Shown: positions 58,853-64,000 of the stretch, in pieces
How the letters are laid out: the number at the start of each line of letters is the position of its first letter
How positions within the stretch are numbered: the stretch's first letter is position 1
From: Minisyncoccota bacterium
GTDB lineage: Bacteria; Patescibacteriota; Minisyncoccia; Phycocordibacterales; GWA1-40-21
Direction of reading: 5' to 3'
Assembly: GCA_041659365.1 (NCBI GenBank)
Contig: JBAZYH010000001.1
Location: forward strand, 37,590-101,589
DNA: 64,000 nt
Program-made: the position numbers and the translations under genes
The notes under the pieces: generated by a model
Database searches by the model: none
The model's input: only the letters and a program-made list of their open reading frames with translations
Told to the model about the DNA's origin: nothing

Positions 58853-58919
58853 TATATGTACAAATAATGCAAAAAAAACTTCCTTATTGTTTAATGATTA
58901 TAGAAAGGAGATTAAAAGC

Positions 58920-59090
58920 ATGAGAAGAAACAAAAATGAAGAAATTAGAAAAGCAATTGAAAAACTTCAAAAAAAGTGTGAACATGAATGGAAATATTCA
59001 CATCAGTATTGTCCGCACGGTCTAATGCGAAGTGTTCACTCCAAAGATATCTATGTATGTTCTGTATGTGGTGTAAAAGAAGAAAGGTGA
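58920..59090 (+). CDS. small zinc-ribbon protein (about 56 aa)
   Basis: RBS aaaggagattaaaagcATG; Cys/His ligands CEHEW...CPHG...CSVCG. Followed by terminator ctccaggaaagaattcctggag plus T-run (59100-59130). The track ORF start at 58845 is probably too far upstream. Confidence 0.45.
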   Translation: MRRNKNEEIRKAIEKLQKKCEHEWKYSHQYCPHGLMRSVHSKDIYVCSVCGVKEER

Positions 59091-59131
59091 CCTAAACCTG
59101 GCTCCAGGAAAGAATTCCTGGAGCTTTTTAT

Positions 59132-60274
59132 CTAAATCTTAAACTCAATCACATCTCCATCTTTAACTACATATTCCTTCCCTTCTGTTCTTACCAAACC
59201 TTTTTCTCTTGCTTGACCATAAGAACCAACTTCAAGAAGTTTATTCCATTCTATAACCTCAGCACGCACAAACTTTTCTTTAAAATCTCCATGTATAGCG
59301 GTTCCGGCTTCTGGTGCAGTCCACCCCTTTTTAATAGTCCAGGCGCGAGTTTCATCTTCTCCTGTAGTAAAATAAGTCATAAGACCAAGTAAGTCGTAGC
59401 CTGCTTTTATAAGATTATCTACTCCATCTTCCTTAGACAATTTTTCTTCTCCTGCTAAGGCACTTCTCATTTCTTCTTTTTCAGCACCCTCGAAATCTTT
59501 TAATTCTTGCTCTATACCTGCATCTACTATCACATATTTAGAGTTAGTTTCTTTTCCGCCAGAGGCGGATCCGCCTTGGGCGGAAAAGAAATCCATTAAC
59601 TTTTTCCAACGATCATCTTTTATATCATCCAAGTTTTTTCCACCAGTTTTTTTATTTAAAATATAAAGTATTGGTTTTGCAGTAAGAAGACAAAGTTTTT
59701 TCGCTTCTTCTATTTCCTTTTCATCTAAAACTGCAGTACTAGAAAGTTTTCCTACTTCAAGCACAGCGTTTAACTTTACTAATGCACTTTTCTCTATAAC
59801 AGCACTTTTACTTCCTCTTTTGATATCACTTTCTATATTACTAAGTCTTTTGGATACAGTCTGAAGATCAGCAAGAACGAGCTCAAGATTAATAGTCTCA
59901 ATATCTGAAAGTGGATTTATCACTCCATTTACATGAATAACGTTATCATCTTCAAAGATACGGACCACTTCAGCGATAGCATCTGTCTCACGAATATTTG
60001 TAAGGAATTTATTTCCCAAACCTTCACCAGCAGAAGCTCCTTTTACAAGTCCAGCAATATCCACAAATTCAACTGCAGCAGGAATAGTTTTTGCCGCTTT
60101 AGAAAATTCTGAAAGCTTCCAAAGTCTTGGGTCAGGTACAGCAACAACACCTACAGATGGATCTATAGTACAAAAAGGATAATTTTCACAAGCTACAGCC
60201 TTACGAGTAAGCGCATTAAAAAGTGTACTTTTCCCGACGTTTGGTAAACCTACAATTCCGATTGATAATGACAT
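59132..60274 (-). CDS. ychF: ribosome-binding ATPase YchF (Obg-like GTPase family)
   Basis: G1 GIVGLPNVGKSTLFNALT, G3/G4 blocks, C-terminal TGS domain (EFKI). Contains a Gly/Ser-rich insertion. Confidence 0.85.
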   Translation of the reverse strand: MSLSIGIVGLPNVGKSTLFNALTRKAVACENYPFCTIDPSVGVVAVPDPRLWKLSEFSKAAKTIPAAVEFVDIAGLVKGASAGEGLGNKFLTNIRETDAIAEVVRIFEDDNVIHVNGVINPLSDIETINLELVLADLQTVSKRLSNIESDIKRGSKSAVIEKSALVKLNAVLEVGKLSSTAVLDEKEIEEAKKLCLLTAKPILYILNKKTGGKNLDDIKDDRWKKLMDFFSAQGGSASGGKETNSKYVIVDAGIEQELKDFEGAEKEEMRSALAGEEKLSKEDGVDNLIKAGYDLLGLMTYFTTGEDETRAWTIKKGWTAPEAGTAIHGDFKEKFVRAEVIEWNKLLEVGSYGQAREKGLVRTEGKEYVVKDGDVIEFKI

Positions 60275-60381
60275 AATGTAAATACTTTAGCAGATTTTTT
60301 TATTTTAAGATAGGTTTTTTCTATAATAGACTAATCACAATAAATTAAAAAACTTCATAATATATTATGAAGTTTTTTAAT

Positions 60382-60612
60382 TTATTGCATCAGTTTTCTT
60401 AATTCATTCTGATTCTCTCTCATAACTTCCATGGATGCAGACATCTGATCCTTACCTTCCTTCATCTTTTGTTCAATCTTTTTTGCTATATCATTAAAGA
60501 ATTCTGGATTCTTTTCTATAGCTCCTATTATCTTATTTTGTTGATCTTCTGGAAGCCCCTTCATCTGCGACTTCAACATCTGCTTCATCATTATATTTTT
60601 GAAAAATCCCAT
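60382..60612 (-). CDS. hypothetical small Lys/Glu/Met-rich helical protein
   Basis: 76 aa; no RBS evident; low confidence. Confidence 0.3.
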   Translation of the reverse strand: MGFFKNIMMKQMLKSQMKGLPEDQQNKIIGAIEKNPEFFNDIAKKIEQKMKEGKDQMSASMEVMRENQNELRKLMQ

Positions 60613-60786
60613 ATGTTTATTTATCCGACCAAAATTATTTTTGGTTTAGGATTATTATTTAATTTAATAATTATTACTAGATATTTATATCATATTTTTA
60701 ATATTTTTAAAACATATAAAAAATGAAATTTTGCTTCACAAAATTCCCTTTTTTCTTAAAAACCAAAATATCAACTTTTATTTAAA

Positions 60787-62361
60787 TTAATTCTTTCCTG
60801 AAAACAAAATTTTATCGCCTTCATCCAAACCATAGATTATTTCTGTCATTCCATTATCACCCTGAATACCAATATTTATATTTTTAGTAACTATATTATT
60901 TCCATCCATTTTTTGTACGGAATATTTATCATCATTTTCGGATATCGCATACCTTGGTATAGACAAAACATTTTCTTTTTTGTTTACCTCTATCTCTACG
61001 TCTACAGTAAGTCCACTCTTTAATCTATTGTCTATTTTATCAAAGACAATCTTTAGTTTAAAATTTGGAATATTATCTATCAAAGTCTCTGCTGGTTCTA
61101 TATAAACAAGTTTTCCAACAAAATTCTCATTAGGAAAAGCATCCATTGTCATTTTTACAACATTACCAATATTAACTTTCCCTATGTTTATTTCTGGAAC
61201 GTATGCTTCTACTTCAAAGTTCGATATCGATATTACAGAAACCATAACAGTGTTAGGAGAAACTATCTCACCAACTTTTGCTTCCTGCTTAGTAATAATT
61301 CCATCTATGGGAGAATAAATTACGTTTTTTGAAAGCTGAGCCTGAATACCTGCAACTTGAGCCTTAGCACCTTCAACCAATGATTCCTGCGTATTTGTTT
61401 GTTCTAAAGTATATCCAGATTTCTTTACCTTTAACTCGCTTTGAGAAATCTTAGAAGAATAAGATAGTGATTCATATTCATTTATACTCGCTGTTAAATT
61501 GTTTATTGCTAAATTTATATTAGTTCTTGCCGTTGAAATATTTAATTTCCATACATCTATTTCTGCTTGGGTTATATAATCATCAGCTAATATAGAGCTT
61601 AAAGCAAAAGCACTATCATCAAGAAGTTTTTTTACTGCATTTAAATTTATTTTTGAAGTATTGTAGTAAATAGCAAGGTCTGACACTTCAGTTAAACTTC
61701 TGAGAGATTTATTCCAAGAAATAAGAATATCTTCTACATCATTTTTTTCACTCCTAATATCATCCTCCAAACCAGAATCGACACTAAATTTTAAATATGA
61801 ATTATACCTAACCGGATCAACAAAAATTGGGTAAAGTTTATTTCTAACAGAGTCATCTGCTACCGTATATGTGTCTCTAATATTATTCATTAAAGAAATT
61901 TTTGACTGATTAAAATCAGAGCTAGCTTTATCTGTTTTTATATACTGTAAATCAAGCTCTTCTGACCTTGTTCCCTTTATCATTTCAGAAAGTTTTGATT
62001 GCTCCGCAGAAAGATTAGCTTCTACTTGAAGTAAATTCGCATTTAACTCACTAGAATCAAGTCTCACTAGGGACTGCCCTAATTTTACAGTATCCCCAAC
62101 AGAAGCAAAAACATAGGTGACCTTACCACTCTTTTCAAAAGACAAATCAGCAGAAGAAGCAGATTTTGTCTTACCAGAAACACTTACAGTCTGAACAATA
62201 TCACTCCTTTTTACAGTTATTATTTCCTGTGTTTTATTTTTATTATTATTTATTAATGATAAAGATATTAAAATAACAACAATTATTATTGCGGGTATAA
62301 AAAATTTTGGCTTTTTAACAAAATTTAATATTTTATCTTTTGAATTTTTTATTTTTTCCAT
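60787..62361 (-). CDS. HlyD-family membrane fusion (periplasmic adaptor) protein, long coiled-coil form
   Basis: N-terminal TM; beta-barrel/lipoyl hairpin VSGKTKSASSADLSFEKSGKVTYVFASVGDTVKLGQSLVRLD; extended coiled coil. Upstream of the ABC ATPase and permease. Confidence 0.75.
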   Translation of the reverse strand: MEKIKNSKDKILNFVKKPKFFIPAIIIVVILISLSLINNNKNKTQEIITVKRSDIVQTVSVSGKTKSASSADLSFEKSGKVTYVFASVGDTVKLGQSLVRLDSSELNANLLQVEANLSAEQSKLSEMIKGTRSEELDLQYIKTDKASSDFNQSKISLMNNIRDTYTVADDSVRNKLYPIFVDPVRYNSYLKFSVDSGLEDDIRSEKNDVEDILISWNKSLRSLTEVSDLAIYYNTSKINLNAVKKLLDDSAFALSSILADDYITQAEIDVWKLNISTARTNINLAINNLTASINEYESLSYSSKISQSELKVKKSGYTLEQTNTQESLVEGAKAQVAGIQAQLSKNVIYSPIDGIITKQEAKVGEIVSPNTVMVSVISISNFEVEAYVPEINIGKVNIGNVVKMTMDAFPNENFVGKLVYIEPAETLIDNIPNFKLKIVFDKIDNRLKSGLTVDVEIEVNKKENVLSIPRYAISENDDKYSVQKMDGNNIVTKNINIGIQGDNGMTEIIYGLDEGDKILFSGKN

Positions 62362-62372
62362 CTTTTTTGTTG

Positions 62373-63065
62373 TTAACTAATAAATTTATTTTCTCCTGTT
62401 GTATTATCTGCTATCACTCCGTCTGATAATGTTATTACTCTATGAGCTACCATCGCATAATCTTTCTCATGAGTAACCATAACTATTGTCTGTCCCTCTC
62501 TACTAAGCTCCAAAAAAACTTTTAATACTGTCTCTGCCGTCTCACTATCTAAATTTGCCGTTGGTTCATCCGCAAAGATTATTTTTGGACTATGACCTAT
62601 TGCTCTCGCTATACTTACTCTCTGCTGTTGTCCACCAGATAATTGACTGGGAAGATTTTCTAACTTATCCAATAAACCAACTTTCTCGAGAGCAATCCTT
62701 GAAATACGTTCAGCAGTCTTTTTATCTGTACCTTGCATAAGAAGTGGTAACATAACATTTTCAAGAGAATTAAGTTCTGGTATAAGAGCATAATCTTGAA
62801 AAACAAAACCAAGTTCTCTTAATCTAAACTGTGTTTTCTCTTGTGGGTTAAGTTTAGAAATATTTACATTATCAACTATTATATCACCACTATTGGGTTC
62901 ATCTAAAAGACTGAGTTGATACATCAAAGTACTTTTTCCAGAACCAGATCTTCCAGTAATAGCGACAAATTCTCCTTTTTTTACATGTATATCAAGCCCT
63001 TTCAAAACAACAAGTTCAGAATCTCCTACTTTAAATTTTTTTATTATACCTTTTGCTTTTATCAT
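62373..63065 (-). CDS. ABC transporter ATP-binding protein (MacB/LolD-like)
   Basis: Walker A GRSGSGKST, signature LSGGQQQRVSIARA, Walker B IIFADEPT. The start is set at ATG 63063-63065 (MIKAKGIIKKF), because the track's upstream extension (TTG at 63098) runs into a repeat element. Confidence 0.85.
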   Translation of the reverse strand: MIKAKGIIKKFKVGDSELVVLKGLDIHVKKGEFVAITGRSGSGKSTLMYQLSLLDEPNSGDIIVDNVNISKLNPQEKTQFRLRELGFVFQDYALIPELNSLENVMLPLLMQGTDKKTAERISRIALEKVGLLDKLENLPSQLSGGQQQRVSIARAIGHSPKIIFADEPTANLDSETAETVLKVFLELSREGQTIVMVTHEKDYAMVAHRVITLSDGVIADNTTGENKFIS

Positions 63066-63073
63066 TTTTGTAT

Positions 63074-63106
63074 TGTCATTGCGAGCATAGCGTCGCAATC
63101 CAGGTT
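63074..63106. repeat. short palindromic repeat element 9 nt upstream of the ABC ATPase start codon
   Basis: tgtcattgcgagcatagcgtcgcaatccaggtt. Confidence 0.6.
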
Positions 63107-63175
63107 AATTTTATTTTTATTGTCTTTTCTTTATTTTACCATATTCAATATTCAACATTTTATATTCTCTCCAAA

Positions 63176-64000
63176 CTATCTTCCCAATATTGCGTCTAAA
63201 GTATTTTGCCTTACAACTATCTGTGCTGGTATGTATCCTGCGATTATTGTAGCAATCATTAAAAGCCCGACCCTTACCAAAACCCCAGAAATGGTCACCG
63301 AAAGTATTCCATCACTAAAAGGAAAATCTATTGGGTTTGCATCAAAGTAAGGTTTAAGTAAAGCAAAAAGTATTAGACACCCTAAAGCTGTTCCAATAAA
63401 AGCATAAAATATTGCCTGCCTTACATAAGCCGTTTTTATTGCACTTGATTCTATACCTATACCTTTTAATATTCCAATAAATTTTCTTCTAGTAATAGCA
63501 TTAATATAAATCACAATAAAAATAGTTATAGAAGCCACAACAAGTCCAATGCTTCCGACTACATTTCCTAAAAGTGCAAAAGTATTTATAAGGTCGGTAA
63601 GAAATTTTGGTTTTGCTTCATCAAACGTTTGAATCTTTCCATATTTATCTGCACCAGTCATCTTTATCGCATCTCTTACAAGCTCAGGGCTTATACCTGG
63701 TTTTATTTTTATCGCCATTTCATTTACATTGAAATCATTCTTACCTGCAAGTATCCTAAACTGAGATTCGGGCATAAAAACTCTTCTAGATATTTCATCA
63801 ACTTTTGTTTTTACAATACCTTTTATTATCATCTCTCTAGTATTTACACCGATAGTAATCCTCACTTTATCACCAACCTTCGCATCGCTTAAAGTAGAAA
63901 AGCCCGCAGTCTCTACAGGAAAATATTTCTTTAAAAGCATCGAACCTATTATCACTTTATCTGTATCATCTGCTTTTAAATATTCACCTTCTATTAAGAA
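63176..64000 (-). CDS. ABC transporter permease, FtsX-like (MacB/LolE-type), partial (N-terminus beyond window end)
   Basis: FtsX-type motif TRRKFIGILKGIGIESS and 3-4 C-terminal TM helices. The frame stays open through position 64000, upstream of the Met at 63955. Confidence 0.7.
   Translation of the reverse strand, partial: FLIEGEYLKADDTDKVIIGSMLLKKYFPVETAGFSTLSDAKVGDKVRITIGVNTREMIIKGIVKTKVDEISRRVFMPESQFRILAGKNDFNVNEMAIKIKPGISPELVRDAIKMTGADKYGKIQTFDEAKPKFLTDLINTFALLGNVVGSIGLVVASITIFIVIYINAITRRKFIGILKGIGIESSAIKTAYVRQAIFYAFIGTALGCLILFALLKPYFDANPIDFPFSDGILSVTISGVLVRVGLLMIATIIAGYIPAQIVVRQNTLDAILGR

Overview
This is an AT-rich (about 30% GC) bacterial chromosomal segment with dense, mostly minus-strand coding. 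It uses the standard code: TAA, TAG and TGA all act as stops (LOG gene 17136-17867 ends in TGA). Core genes recognised from the translations: ddl; uvrC (no C-terminal HhH); uvrA, interrupted by one in-frame TAA; a histidine kinase / receiver-domain pair; uvrB; tgt; FKBP PPIase; LOG-family protein; RsuA/RluB pseudouridine synthase; a membrane-anchored ClpB-like AAA+; a frameshifted AlkD-like repair gene; DEAD-box helicase; type IV pilin-like protein; DEDDh exonuclease; RRM protein; rpoD; dnaG; rpoC; rpoB; M29 aminopeptidase; SPFH protein; MFS transporter; a 2259-aa LamG-containing surface protein; TspO; ychF; and a HlyD–ABC–FtsX efflux set. There is one tRNA-Ala(UGC) at 2665-2737 (-), in a region (about 1900-2900) full of tRNA-derived fragments and duplicated noncoding units. 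The intergenic DNA is unusually repeat-rich: (i) a family of about 30-35 bp palindromic elements with conserved ends TGTCATT...AATCCAGGTT, in both orientations and often clustered; (ii) a conserved imperfect hairpin GAGGAGACACC...GGTCTCACCTC flanked by A/T tracts (5 copies); (iii) a perfect 34-bp palindrome TTTACACATATACGCCATGGCGTATATGTGTAAA (3 copies plus a variant), two of which bracket a solitary Cas2-like ORF; (iv) a roughly 120-bp repeat present twice; (v) a conserved leader hairpin with covariation present twice. Small GC-rich (40-47% GC) gene cassettes at 13290-14240 and 42509-42910, carrying duplicated GC-rich terminators, look foreign. The gene content (prepilin-type N-termini, giant LamG surface protein, reduced uvrC, weak Shine-Dalgarno signals) suggests an ultrasmall Patescibacteria/CPR-like organism; that is inference only. 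No CRISPR array, rRNA or recognisable IS transposase was found.
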